A stretch of 63,960 bases of DNA, the filler included, from Reticulomyxa filosa (taxonomy: Eukaryota > Protista > Foraminifera), in assembly GCA_000512085.1 (NCBI GenBank). It is 19 parts of 19 records of this genome, joined end to end, with 100 filler letters (N's around TTAATTAATTAA, not from the genome) between each part and the next. Parts side by side here need not be neighbours in the genome. Positions count along the whole stretch, not along the records: positions 34,994 to 44,189 come from ASPP01023014.1; positions 44,290 to 49,603 come from ASPP01019063.1; positions 49,704 to 51,563 come from ASPP01014221.1; positions 51,664 to 58,350 come from ASPP01006939.1; 15 more parts are not named here. One strand, 5' to 3'. Position numbers and translations under genes: made by a program. Shown here in pieces: positions 40,603 through 54,088 of this stretch. Positions within the stretch are counted from its first letter, which is position 1. Every line of letters starts with the position of its first letter. Below the pieces are notes generated by a model, which saw only the letters and a list, made by a program, of their open reading frames with translations, was not told where the DNA came from and ran no database searches.

Positions 40603-40899
40603 TCTATTTTATTTTATTTTATTTTGCAGTTCTCTCCCTTTCGTCACTTGCACTAATTTCACCTGTTTTCATTAATAAACTTAAATGATATTACAAAAAT
40701 TTTTTCTCTTGTAAAAAATGGTACGAACAAAAAATAAAATTTTCCAAACATTTCATTACGTATATATAATTATATCAAAGTTAAATGATTTATTTTGTTG
40801 TCTAATGTAAATTTGTGTAAATAAGTAAATAAATAAAAAAAGATATTAATAAAATTAAAATTATTTACATTACAATCAACAGGTCCCCTAAAATGAATC

Positions 40900-41350
40900 C
40901 ATATAAACATTGATGTGTTTATTCATGAAAAACCAGTATTTATTCAAAATCCTTTCTACACATCGCGGAGAATCCAAAAATGTATTAGTAATGTCATGAC
41001 ATTATACAATCTATTGGAGAAAATATCAAATCATAGCTATACTAAATCAAGGAACAATACGGAATTACATGAAATGAGCTAACAAACTGGCAAAAAAATG
41101 CATTAACGAAAGTTGAAAGAATTCAACCAGAATTACATCATATTTTGAGCAGTAAAAAATTAGTATTAAACATTCCAGGACTGGCTCAATCATATGCAAT
41201 GCAAAGCTGAAAAAAAAAATTTATTAAATTATTCACAAAAATTGTTTCGACTAGTAGCTGTCAGTTTACAAATTGCTGAACTAAAGAACACAAAATGATC
41301 AATCGAATGTAGAGAACCTGGAACGGAAAAGCACGTTTTAAGAAAAGTGT
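40900..41350 (+). mobile_element. Decayed non-LTR retrotransposon ORF2 3' end (RNase H + CCHC finger remnant)
   Basis: Fragments in the expected order: VFI/SKSFL (cf. I-x-SDS-x-S-x-L), YGIT*NE/NKLAKK (cf. GI-x-GNE-x-AD-x-LAK), ECREPGTEKHVL (cf. C-x-x-x-ET-x-x-H-x-L). Confidence 0.45.
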
Positions 41351-43541
41351 TTTTGAATTTAAATTAAAAAGAATAATTTGTATATTTGGAGTCATACTGA
41401 CCCCATTGTGACGTAAGTAGTATCACTACACGAAGTTCTTCAATTTCTATTTGTATTACTTGATCCGTTATGTTCAATTGTTATTGTCATTATTCTCTTT
41501 GCAAAATAACTTATAACATATCAAGAAACAAAAATAAATGATCCAATATCAAGATCACTGCATAAATGATACAAAGACAACTTTTCATGGTATTATTCTT
41601 TGTTTGATTGTTGCCATTAAGTAAGCAAAAGATAATTCCGAATATATTCTCCTTTTGGAGAACGTTTTCTCTAAACGCAAGATAACGATGTTGGAAAGTG
41701 TTTGCTTATTGTTATTCGCGAATGTGGCCTTTTCCTTTCGCTATTTCGCAAATCGTTTGCTTCCTGTTAGCAACTTGAACGTAGACCTTTTTTTTCTTGA
41801 CTGGTGTCTCAACTTTCTTTGTCGTCAAAGTATTTTGTGTGATAATATTTGCCCGTTCATAGCAAAATAGTATATGTGATTAAAAAATAGGCATTTGATA
41901 TTGAGGAAACGAGTTTTTGCTGATTCTTTATGACATATTTTTTGGATTTGTTTTTTTAAAAATGTAGTTATCAAAAAAAAAAGAAAACCCGATGCCGATG
42001 ATGAACAAGCAAAAAACGTACAAACGTATATACTTTTCGGATTTGAAAAAAAAATTGACAAAGCAAACAAATATCAAAATAAATTTTCAGTATTACAAAT
42101 GCAGATCTAAAATTCAAATTAATAAATGTGAAAAACTTAAAAGAAACAAAGCATACCATGAAAAACCAACAACAAGAAGTCGTAACGCAAATCTGAAGAA
42201 AAAATGTCCAAACAGCAAATTTTTCGTGAGTTGAGCACTTTTAGCTTTTTTGATAAAATTATTCTTAGTGATCAAAAATTCGCTGTCGGATATGTTAATT
42301 TTTACATAGATAGCTTTTTCATATTTGAAACTCCTCAAAGTATGACAAACGAATTGAAGAAATGTGCTACTCCAAAAATTGCGATAATTTGAAAAACCAA
42401 AGATTCGTCATCTAATCAAAAACATAGTTTTAGACAAAAAAGACGCGACGACAAAAATAATATCTTTTTTTTTCACATTTTTGGGCTTCAAAACATGTTT
42501 TGCTTCGGCTTTCTTTGTGTACATCTTGAAGACAAAGTCAGAAGAAATGTTAGATCCGTAATTCTTCACGTGAAAGCAAAAAAAAATTTGCTTTGTCAGA
42601 AAGATGACACACAATTGAAATGAAAGAATTAAAAACAACAATTACATATTTTTTATAGATGCAAGGCGCATATAAGCGATAAACTTGCGAACCAAGTTCG
42701 CCAGCCTTATCTAAAAAGGACATAGTGCGCATTAAGAAAAAAGAAATTAAAACAATTTTACAATTTAATGAGATAAAATTCAATATAGATAAGAGCAAAA
42801 GTGTCATGTGTCATCATTTGTGAGTGACACAATATGTGATATAATATGAGATCTTTGCCTCTGTTCATTACATTTGCCTTCATAAGGCACGAAATTTCTT
42901 CAATAGAATTGAAAAATAAAATTTAATTTAAATTAAATCAAAAAAAATACAGTATGCACAAGTTGTTGTTATTGTTTGTTATTGGCCTCAGGGGCTTTCT
43001 TATTAATACATGAGCTTGTGTGGTCTTTCTTTTAAAGTCTCCTCCATAGTCGCTGACTTAGTTTTTTTAACAGATGATGAGCAAAGTGGTTGAATTTTTT
43101 TTACGCAAGATTTGAACAAATATTTGATTAATGAAATAAACCAATATTTTAAATTAGTAATGAAAGAATTCGAAATGATTAAGTGATTATACAATATTTT
43201 TAAAACAACAAAGTGTATGTTTTGTTTTGATTTCATTAATATAAAAACAATTATTATTTCTTTATTATTTGATCTTATTACTTAATAGCAACATGAAATG
43301 TACGCAAGCCAAATACTTAAGTGTCAAAATATTTAGAGAAAGGGGTCTTTTCGAAAAGAAAAGACTGACACCAAAATTGAAAGATTAAATATAGTACTGG
43401 AATATGGAAATATGGAGGGAGATAGGGATACCCAAGATATACTAATATTAAAAGTGGTCAAAGTAAAACAACAGGTTCACTTGAAAAAAAGGGGAACGTT
43501 GCGTCTGTCCAAGCCGTTGATATAAAAAATTTGAATGTAGA

Positions 43542-44115
43542 ATGGCTGACGAAAATCAAGATCAAGAGCTTAAACATGCGCGCATTGAAGTAATTGGGGT
43601 GTTCATATTGTTCATCTCACTATTTTTTGGTTACTGTTACCAGCACTTGTTTAGATTGTGTTCCTATTTTTTTTAAAAAAGTGTCCAAAATTTTGAAGAA
43701 AAAAAGCTTGTTTATTTGATTGCGTTTCTTCAATAGTCCTTTTTTCAAAAAGGTGGAAACCTTTTTTCCGTACGCCAGTGCCAACATTGTGTTTGGAATA
43801 ATCTTGGGAGCATTTATTGCGTTGATTGGGGACCTTCGAGGCAGCTTTAGTTTCAATTCTGAATTTTTTTTCTTATATTTGTTGCCACCTATTATTTTCG
43901 CAGCTGGTTATGAAATTCCAAAAGTTTGGTTTGACGATCATATGTTTTTTTTTTTAATTATACCTTTTCTCAAATCAAATAAAAAAAAAAAGAAATTTCT
44001 TTAAAATAGGATTTTTTCTTTCATAATTTCGGCACGATCATGTTGTATGCATTTTTGGGAACCGCTTTGTCTTCGTTTGTAATTGGTGGACTTTTGTATG
44101 CGGCTTGTTATAGTT
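43542..44115 (+). CDS. Na+/H+ exchanger (CPA1/NHE family), N-terminal part (3' partial)
   Basis: MADENQDQELKH..., FSFNSEFFFLYLLPPIIFAAGY, FFFHNFGTIMLYAFLGT; two short introns. Confidence 0.92.
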
Positions 44116-44289
44116 AAGTATGCGCTCAGTTTTTTTTTTTAACAACATAATGTCCTTTTTTTTTTCCCCCCCCCCTCTTCTTCTTCCTCNNNNNNNNNNN
44201 NNNNNNNNNNNNNNNNNNNNNNNNNNNNNNNNNTTAATTAATTAANNNNNNNNNNNNNNNNNNNNNNNNNNNNNNNNNNNNNNNNNNNN

Positions 44290-44934
44290 TTTGGAAGAAT
44301 TTTAGGTGCTGGTCATGAAATTAGAGATCGAATTACAGAAGTAAATAAAGATCCAAATAAATTTTATAATGAACAAGAAAAAATTAAAAAGAATGCAAAA
44401 GGTGTTGTTAATCAAATGTTATCAACAAAGACAAATAATTTAAATAAAAGTTCAATGATGTATGATATTAATCCTGATTGTCTTGATGATGAACAATTTT
44501 TTCCAGGAGAAGAAGAAGAAGGAGAAGAAGGAGAAGAAAGGGAAGGAGAAGAAGAAGAAGAAAATTATAAACCAGATATGAATTCATGTACTGACTCCAA
44601 AAATTGTTCTACGAAATGTAGTAAAATGGATACTGAAGATAATAATACAACTCCAAACAAATATAATAATGACTCTGAAAATAATAATGAAAGACCACAA
44701 ATTGGTTGGGAAGAGAAAATGAGTGTAGATGATAATGATGATAATTATGATGATTGTTGTGGAAATGGTAATGTTAATATGTGTGAAAATGATACATCAC
44801 AGCGTATTGGGAATCATGACAAAAAAGATATGAGACAAAACAAAAATTATGAATCATCGTGTGGAATGAAAAGTAATAACAATAGTGACTCCAGAAATAC
44901 GAATAAAAGAACAATAAAAAAAGGAAAAGAATAA
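44290..44934 (+). CDS. Hypothetical protein C-terminus with an acidic/Asn-rich low-complexity tail (5' partial)
   Basis: Frame is open from the contig edge (GRILGAGHEIRDRITEVNKDP...) through the 172-aa ORF. Confidence 0.55.
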   Translation, partial: FGRILGAGHEIRDRITEVNKDPNKFYNEQEKIKKNAKGVVNQMLSTKTNNLNKSSMMYDINPDCLDDEQFFPGEEEEGEEGEEREGEEEEENYKPDMNSCTDSKNCSTKCSKMDTEDNNTTPNKYNNDSENNNERPQIGWEEKMSVDDNDDNYDDCCGNGNVNMCENDTSQRIGNHDKKDMRQNKNYESSCGMKSNNNSDSRNTNKRTIKKGKE

Positions 44935-46419
44935 AAATGTTTTATTTTGAGTAAAATTATACGTTTTTTCATGTATACTCTTCTTCAAGTATACGTTTTC
45001 TTTTTAAGTATCAACATTTTGAGCATAATAAGTTCAATTTTCAAAATATTTGAAATTCTGCATAATCATGAAAAAGAATTTATTTGTCTGAAAATTTATT
45101 CGATTCAATAAACTAAAAAAATAAAAAAATGGAGTAATATTTTATTTTATTTTATTTCACTCTACAAAATTACATTCTCTTGGTCTATTGCTGCTATATA
45201 TATGTATATGTATATATTGCTTATCTATATTTATATTTTCCATTTTCCAATACGATATTTCATAATTTGATAATTTGTATAAAGTGTAATAATATGAAAA
45301 ATCAATTAAATAAAAATTTACAATTTTGTATAATAATAATAATAATGACTCTCTCTCTCTGAGAAAACAAGAATAAAAGTAAATATTTTGTGAAAAGAAA
45401 TTTCAATGTATACATACATATATATATTTTTAAAAAAAATATCCATACGAAAGAAGAAAAAGAGTTATTCTGTAATTAGTATATCTTATAATAAGAAATA
45501 ATTATAACAAAACAAAGAAAATATATAGTAAATATATATATGTATATAAATCGAAATTTTGCAGTTATAAAAAAGATTCTTTTTTTCTTCTTAAGAACAA
45601 CAAAAACTTTTGTAAAAATAAAAATGAAATCTAATTTTGTAATTATTGTAAATAATTAAATAATAATGAAAATATCTTCTTTTTTGGAGGAAAATAAAAA
45701 AGTTATATCTTATTGTAAAAAAATTGAGACAGAAAATAATTACTGAAAGGTGTTTTCGAAAAAAGCAAACAAAAATAATTAAATAATTAAGAGATAAACA
45801 ATTCACTGATAAGAAATAAGAAGATAGTAAAGGTTCATTATACTAAATAATGATGGGAATATATCTTTTTTTTTGAAGAAAGAAATAATAAAAATGATGT
45901 GTATTTTATTATTTGTTAAAGATAGAAAAAATATAAAATCTTATAATAAATTTTTGATAAACTGGCATTAAAATATCTTATAATTTATAACTGATTCTGC
46001 ATTACTGAAATAATATAATAACTATTTATCGATTCTTATATTGATATATGTAAAAAAAAAATACAATGTAAATGTATTACTAAAATGATTTTATTATGTT
46101 AAAATATGTTGTCATAAAACCAAAAAAAAAAAATCAAAAGAATTTTCATTCATATTACATAAATAGGATATGGATGATTTACATTTTTCTGTATATGAAC
46201 AATTATGATTATTTTTTATAATAAAATGAAAAATGTATTATTAGTCTTGTTAACCAAAAATATATGATTAAAATACACAAAAGAAAAGATTGTAATTTAT
46301 GCAAATTGATGTCTGTTTACATTCAAAGAAATATATATTTGATGAAATTTCTGTTTTAATTAATTTAGTTACAAGTAATTATAGAAAATATTGAGTGTTT
46401 ATTTTAGTGAAACAAATAT

Positions 46420-47990
46420 AAGATATTTCATCCAAGATTATGATAATTACAAAATGAAAAAATGATTTATTGTTATAAATATTAGACTAATAAAATTTGG
46501 ATGAAAATGAAATAACAGTCCACATTAAACTGTAATTTCCGTGAAATCAAATCAAATTAAATAAGTAAAACGTAAATTGAGAAGAAATGAAAGGAAAGAA
46601 GAAAATTTAGCATACTGGTGGATTCCTTAGTTCAAGTATTTATAGTAGTAGAGACTTGTTCTACAAATATAAAACATAATTGTTGAATAATTAAAAATTT
46701 TATTGATTATTTAATTAACTATGTGGATTTTCTGAAAGAGGTGTATAAACTGTAATACGAAAGGTTTTCGCTCTTTTGAGCAATTTAAAACAAAAGAGAA
46801 AAAAAAATAAACAACAAGATTCAACAAGTGAAAGAGAAAAGATAAATCGTGAAAGTGAGTAGTGTGTTGTTAAAATAAAGAGTTCCAAAGTTCACTTGTA
46901 GTGAGAGAATTACTTATTAAATATAATGAGCAAACTCTTTCTCTTTGATTGTCTAAAATAATTTGTATGATAATTTGTATCATTTAAATTATCAACATAA
47001 GTAAATAAATTGTTATCACTTTTTTATTGTACAATATATAAGACATTCAAGTATTGCACACATGGCTGAACTGAGGATCTACATTTGGGTTAAACTTCCT
47101 CAACCAACTACTTCTTACTTTCCTTTTTTTTATCATTTTGATTTATTACTTAATTTACTTTGTTTTACTTAAAGTCACTCTCATTCGAGTAAAATCTTTT
47201 TGTATTACATTTAGTGTAACTCTTCACATTAGACTAAATTTTAAGTAGAAATATTTCATTCAAGATTATGATAATTACAAAATTAAAAAACTCGAAATTT
47301 ATTTCAAGATGAATGATTTATTGTTACAAATATCAGGCAAAAAAATTAATAACACATGTTTTTTTTTTTTGTAAAAACTGATTTAACATTTTCTCACACA
47401 ATGAAAATATTATTTTGTAATTTGAACTCAAGTAAATGGATAAAAAACTTGTTAAATTTTGAGTGGATTACTCTTTAATAATCTCTCAAGATATCTTTAA
47501 AAAATATTTTTTTTTATAAAACATAACTGTTGAATAATTAAAAATTGTATTGATTCTTTTGATGATAATTTATATCATTTAAATTATCAATATAAGTAAA
47601 TAAATTATTATTGTACAAATATATAAGCTATTCAAGTAAAAAATATCATCCAAGATTATAATAATTACAAAATGAAATTTATTTCAAGATGAATTAAACA
47701 ATATTTTCTCACAAAATGAAAATATTATTTTATAATTTGAACTCATGTTGAACATCAGCTGGAAGAGATTATATATTAAATGTAATACGAAAAGAATTTT
47801 ACTCAGTAAATCAGTGTTCGGTAAAATAAAAGAAAGATGAATGACGCAACAAAAGAGTAAGGTGAGTTTTAATACACTGGATTCCTTCAACGTTTAGATA
47901 TTGATAGGACCTTGCCCTACACTCAAGTGAATGGATAACAAAATTTGGATGAAAATGAAATAATTTCTCAAGGTATATTTCTCTACAAAC
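46420..47990. repeat. Cluster of shuffled, degenerate non-coding direct repeats
   Basis: caagattat(g/a)ataattacaaaat at ~46432, ~47261, ~47651; gataattt(g/a)tatcatttaaattatcaa at ~46969, ~47564; aacataa(t/c)tgttgaataattaaaaatt at ~46673, ~47520; aaatttggatgaaaatgaaataa at ~46493, ~47941. Confidence 0.8.
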
Positions 47991-48184
47991 AGCTGATAGT
48001 TTACAAGAAAAAATGAAGATAAAACTTTTGTTGATTCTTTTTGATTATTATTTTTAATTTTTAAAAAATACTTTTATTAAAAACATATTAATATGGGATA
48101 GTATTGGTGTAATACTGGGGATTTCTCTGTTTCCTTTGACGGTAATTTTGTAATAACAAAAAAAAAAAAGTATTTTTAAAAAAA

Positions 48185-49115
48185 ATGTCAAAAAAACCAA
48201 TAGATGCTTCACTTGTTGAACAATGGAAAATAAAAACTTTAATTAAACACTTATCACAATCACGTGGTAATGGAACTTCTATGATATCATTAGTAATACC
48301 ACCAAAAGATCAAATATCAAGAATACAAAAAATGATACAAGATGAACATGGAACAGCTTCAAATATAAAATCTAGAGTAAATAGATTATCTGTATTATCA
48401 GCTATAACTAGTGCAAGAGAAAGATTAAAATTATATTATAAAGTACCTACAAATGGTTTAGTTGTATATTGTGGTACTGTAATAACAGATGATGGAAAAG
48501 AAAAAAAAATGTGAATACATTTTGAACCATTTAAATCTATAAATACATCATTATATTTATGTGATTAATAAATTTCATGTAGAACCATTAAATGAATTAT
48601 TAGAAAGTGATGATATATTTGGTTTTATAATAATGGATGTACATTATCTGATAGTACATATAATATATTACATGGTAGATGTGGACAATCATATTACGTA
48701 TGAAAAAAAGACATAATTATGTACACAACAAGTGCTAATTTTAAAAATGATTTATTTAGTGGTGAAAATGGTTTTAATCACAAGCTATTGAATTAAGTAA
48801 AGATGTTAAATTTGTTCGTAAAAAAAAAATATTAATGGATTTTATGCAAGAAATTGCTAAAGATACAAATAAATATTGTTTTGCTATGGAAATGGGTGCT
48901 TTACAAACTTGTATTGTTTGGGAAAATCTTGATCTTTTAAGAATACCAAAATTCTATTGATTTCTTAAAAGATTCTTTTACTGGTCTTATTTGGGAAATT
49001 GTTCAACAAGATCAATTTCTTGAATGGCTTGCTTCACAATATAAAAATTATGGATCGCTCACAAGAAGGATGCTCAATTTGTTAAATGTTTTGGCGGAAT
49101 TGGAGGTATTATGTA
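48185..49115 (+). pseudogene. eRF1: Eukaryotic release factor 1 (eRF1) pseudogene
   Basis: [39 protein letters not shown], then stop; FEPFKSINTSLYLCD**, HGRCGQS (GGQ lost), QFVKCFGGIGGI. Many stops, frameshifts and deletions; no introns evident. Confidence 0.92.
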
Positions 49116-49810
49116 TTTTTTTTAATACATACATTTATTTTTACTTTTATACACTTTCATTTACATTTACATTTTCAAAGGCTTCTTGATATATGCTGTC
49201 AACTTTGCTGAACTTGAAGACGCCATTGATGGTGACAATAAGGAAGACGATGCCTGGATTTGAAGCATTTGTGCGCTTGGAAGGGAAAACGTGTCCCTGT
49301 CCGTGCAAGTGAACATTAGATAGCACCACGGACTTAATTAATTTTTTAAACCAAAAAAAAAATCCAAAAAAAAACAACGAAGAAAAAACTAAAACCACAT
49401 TTTGGTATGAGTATTTGGCGGCTTTTTCGCCTTGTTTGTTTTTTTTTGCGTATGGACAGTACCAAGGGGGGGAAACGTTTCAAAAAAAATTAATTTTATT
49501 TGACGGCCTTTGAGCTCCTAGCTTTTTTGAAAGCCGATTTGTACGTCGAAGATATTATTAAAAAAATTCGTAAACTTTTAAACTTTTTTGGCCTGTGTCA
49601 AAGNNNNNNNNNNNNNNNNNNNNNNNNNNNNNNNNNNNNNNNNNNNNTTAATTAATTAANNNNNNNNNNNNNNNNNNNNNNNNNNNNNNNNNNNNNNNNN
49701 NNNTTTTTTTTTTTTCCTTTTTTTTTTTTTTTTTTTTTTAAAAAAAAGGGGGGTGTAATTATAAAAGAAAGGAGGGGGGGGATGTGTATGTATGTATGTA
49801 ATGTGACAGA

Positions 49811-51169
49811 TTATAATTTGACAAATGATACATACTTGCTTGCACGGATGAGTGAAAGTGAAGGTCATTGGGTGTCATTGGATTTGATCTGTCGTTCTCC
49901 ACGCATACGTGCATTGACCTATTTGCGATCGCGTGTGGTGACAGCGTTGTCGAAGTCGGTATTTTTAGAGTTGTCGGCGGACAATGCGAAAGTACGTCGT
50001 CCAGGGTATGTGTTGCCAAGTCCTCGCAAATCTGGTGACTTACGACGAACGGTATTTTTATACGGCGTGCCCCCTTTGCACGCGAGTGAAAGCGCCATTC
50101 GCGAGCTGATGAAAGAGTACGGCGAGGTGAAGCGAGTGCATATGGAAGACACGTGTAGTGAAGAGGATGACTCGCCAGATAAGAAGATCGCCCTAATTAT
50201 TACCAACAAGAAGATTCTCTTGCCATTTCTAAGAAGACACCACTCGCAGTGGCTACGTGAAGCAATGCGTGTGACTATTGGCATGCACAATCCTCACTCG
50301 TTGTCGTCGTCGTCGTCGTCGTCCAATCCGACTTATTCCGATTCCAGGCACTCACAAGACTATGAAGATGACCTCAACATGCAGCAGTTTGAAGATCTGA
50401 TGGAAAACGTGTCTGTCATGTTGGCACAGTCGGAGTCTCAATCTCAATCAGTGTCACCGTCATATAAGAAATGTCGTCAAGACGATCAAAGTTGTTTTTC
50501 TCCAATCTTTTAATAAGCATCTGGACATATTCACACACATACACATACACACATACACACACATAAATGGAAACTTAAGAAACCGAAAAAAGTGACGCCG
50601 AAAGTAACCACACACCCGAAACCAAGTTAAACGGACACAAAACAGATACGAGTGTCGAGGAAAGTGACCAAGCAAGAAACAATGGAAATGACAGTGGACA
50701 TAATACTATGCAAGGCAATGATGACAGTAGCATTAGCAACAGTAATAGCAATTGTAATGGCAATGGCAATGGCAATGGCAATGGCAAACAACTACCAATG
50801 AATCACGAAACAGTATATCGGGCTTTGCAAAATGTACATCCACATATAAACTCACACCGACCTCTGGACTTGTCGCACTTGTCCTCATGCTTTGTCGTGT
50901 TTGCGTCGCAGTCGCAGGCCACAAAGTGCGTCAAAGACCGCACGCGTAGCGAAGACGGTGTCCGCGCAATGCACAAATATGACTTCAACAAAATGGTCAA
51001 AAAATACAAAACAGCCGAGTTGAAAGGCGAAGCCATGTCTATATCTCCGCCTATGCGTGCCTGCACTATGCTGAACTTTGCCCCCCATGGCAATGTCATC
51101 CACGCCAATCACGAGTCGTCTTCGTCCTCGTCCGTGCGTTTGTCACGCGACGCAAAGCTGAATGGCATT

Positions 51170-51207
<38 letters not shown>

Positions 51208-51540
51208 TAACAATAACAATAACAATAATAACAATAACAATAATAATAACAACAACGACCGCCGTCTCACCTGTTTCAATCCTAACAAATACGAATCGAG
51301 AACGAATGATCCAGTCAATAAGCGTGGGACCAAGCCCAAAGCTACAGCTACATCCACAGTCACACATGGACATCCCAAAGATGAAACATGGTCCGTCTCC
51401 TTTCTCTCAAAGAAAGACACTGCCGTGTCTTCTGAACACAGTCGTCACGCGCAGGCCATTGCGCATAAACAAGCAGATACCACTAACAGTCATTTTGGTA
51501 TGCGAAGTCTTACTATGTCACCTTTAACCGAGCAGTTTAG
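49811..51540 (+). CDS. La-motif + RRM RNA-binding protein (La/LARP family), partial
   Basis: La motif NLTNDTYLL...WVSLDLI...RIRAL...ALSKSVFLELSADNAKVRR; RRM RTVFLYGVP...YGEVKRVHM, with a distal SCFVVFASQSQATKCV. Confidence 0.85.
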
Positions 51541-51663
51541 TTGGTTTTTTTTTTTTTTTTTTTNNNNNNNNNNNNNNNNNNNNNNNNNNNNNNNNNNNNN
51601 NNNNNNNTTAATTAATTAANNNNNNNNNNNNNNNNNNNNNNNNNNNNNNNNNNNNNNNNNNNN

Positions 51664-52300
51664 ATACCACAAACACCTGCAGTATGTCCATTCAATATTT
51701 GTATATGTTTATCTTGTTTTATATCCCAAACACGAATGGTTTTATCTCGTGACGAAGAACAGACAACATTAAGGTTATGATAATAATAATAAAATGATGA
51801 AAATCTCACACAATGTACGGTATTTGAATGTCCATTAAATGATTGAATATGTCTACAAGTTTCTGTATTCCATACACGAACTGTTGCATCATCAGATCCA
51901 GAACAAATAAATTGATTACCATTAAATCTTGAATGATCAATACTCCATACAAAATTAGTATGTGCACTAAAAGATTTGAGTAATTTAAATGAAGAACGAA
52001 ATATGTCAATGAAAAGGGCAACAGAAGCCTATATTAAATAAATTAACATATTTATATATTTTGTAATAAAAAAGAAAAAAATAATCTAACATAATTGGCA
52101 ACAAGTTTGCCTAAAGCATTGAACGGTCCAAATTGAACATGTAATGTCCGAGCCCAATGCCGAACAATTGTTTGAATCTCTTCTTCTGCTGACTGTTTCA
52201 GTCACAAGAAAAAAAAATATTTTCTTGAAAGACCAAAAAAAAAAAAGATTACCAAGGAAAGATGTGTTGAAGTTTCTTTTTCATTAAAAAGTTTGGCCAT
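51664..52300 (-). CDS. WD40-repeat protein, same family as 20519-21862 (3' partial)
   Basis: Same three-exon layout: MAKLFNEKK..., EEEIQTIVRHWARTLHVQFG...KLVANY, then AHTNFVWSID...GNQFICSGSDDATVRVWN and GHSNTVHCVRFS. Confidence 0.88.
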
Positions 52301-53207
52301 TCTAAGCTTTTTTCTATAGATGATTTCAGATAAAAAAAAGACAACTTTTTTGTGAAAACCCTTTCATTGACCTCAAAAAAATTTGAATTGAGTAGTGTTT
52401 AAATGGATTGAAAATTATTCAATTAAAGAGATATTAGAAAGTATATAAATATTTTTCATTTTAATTGATGTTTCAATATTTTATGATTATTGTTTAATTA
52501 AGCATTTTATCATTGTCATTGTATTTCGTGTTCATCACGTTGCAAAAAAAATCCCTAAAATGAGTCACTGATAAAAAACTGACAATATTAGATGAATTGA
52601 AGATATTGTATCATGATGATATTCATAGACATATGGGATACCCGTTTCAATTGGCTTAATGCTGTTGAATTTGCTTTTTTTTTACAAATTTAAGATTTTT
52701 TTAAAACAAATGACAAACAATCGTATGCAGTGATTGTTGTTGCAAAGTTTTCACAATTCAATAATCTTATTTCCGCTATTCATTTTTTCATTCATCAATA
52801 CAATTTAATGTTCTCTTTCGAATTTCAAACTAATTACGGTAAAAAAAACGTTTGGCCTGTCAAACCAAAAAAACTATCTGAAATGCTTATATACATCAAA
52901 CAAAGCTCAAAATGTAATTGTTCACGATTTTTGGTTCAGCATTGTTACAGTTTTTTAATTGAAACAATTTAAAATGAACAATTAATTTTTTCAAGCATTT
53001 TTGAAGAGTATTAATACCACCATAAGTGTAGTTATTTGAACAATTGCGGGGTTTGAAGAGACGCACAAATGATCACTTTTCTTCTAAAAGTAAAACAAAA
53101 CTTTTGACTAAATAAGGCTTTTCGGTTACAGTTTCAGTAGTTTTTTGAATTTTCATTATTGAATTTCGAGGTTCAAATTATTTATTATCTTTTGTGTTAA
53201 GAGAGCA

Positions 53208-53675
53208 ATGCCAGGATATGAGTTATTTATTGCAATGGCACCACGTGCCAGCAAATTAGATCTACTCAACACATTTCGAAAGATTGGCAGAGAAATAGTG
53301 GAGAGAGGAGGTGTCATTCGTGAAATGAAACATTATGGCATTCGTCACTTGCCACAAAAAATGCGTCGGCACGGTTTGGTGTGCAGTGAAGCACGATACA
53401 TTGGAATGAAAACAGATTGTAGTGCCGAAGCAAGGAAGATTGTGGATATAATATGCAAAGACGAGCAGCATGTACTTCGTTGGGAAATGTCTAAATTGAA
53501 ACTAAAGAATATCGTGCCATTGAAAAAATCTGAGTTACAACAACTCACGGATCATCAAACCCCAGTTATTGATGATCCTACTTTTGATTTCCCAAAACAA
53601 GAAGAGATGAGAAAATTAAAATACAATGCTAAAAGAAGAGCATTGGATCACAATTCAAGAGAAAATCTGTACTAA
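53208..53675 (+). CDS. MRPS6: Mitochondrial ribosomal protein bS6m
   Basis: MPxYEL start and IVERGGVIREMKHYGIRHLPQKM...H...ARY, typical of mitochondrial S6; complete single-exon ORF. Confidence 0.85.
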   Translation: MPGYELFIAMAPRASKLDLLNTFRKIGREIVERGGVIREMKHYGIRHLPQKMRRHGLVCSEARYIGMKTDCSAEARKIVDIICKDEQHVLRWEMSKLKLKNIVPLKKSELQQLTDHQTPVIDDPTFDFPKQEEMRKLKYNAKRRALDHNSRENLY

Positions 53676-54088
53676 TTTTTATATTTTTTTTGAATGCAAT
53701 TGAAGAAGACAAAATAAAAAAACCCAGAAAATGTTGGTAATTTCTATCTTCGAATCAAAAAGTATACAATCTCCCTTTGTTTTGGTTTTGGTGTTAGTTT
53801 AAAAATTTTTCTAACAAATCAACACATTTCAACAATTTTATTGATCAATTTGTTTTCAAAGAAAAACAACAAGTTCATTTTTTGACTTTTTGTGATGCTA
53901 TTTGGGAAAAATTTTCTGTAATGATTTTTGCTTTGTCATATTTTTCCCTTCCCTCTAGCTCCCAGAAAAAAACACATTAACAATACAAATCTGCTTTTGA
54001 ATAATGAACAATTTTAATTCTTTCAATACACCACAAAAGCAGAGCCATTATTTAATTTTTTTATTATTATATCTACAAAGGAAAATCA

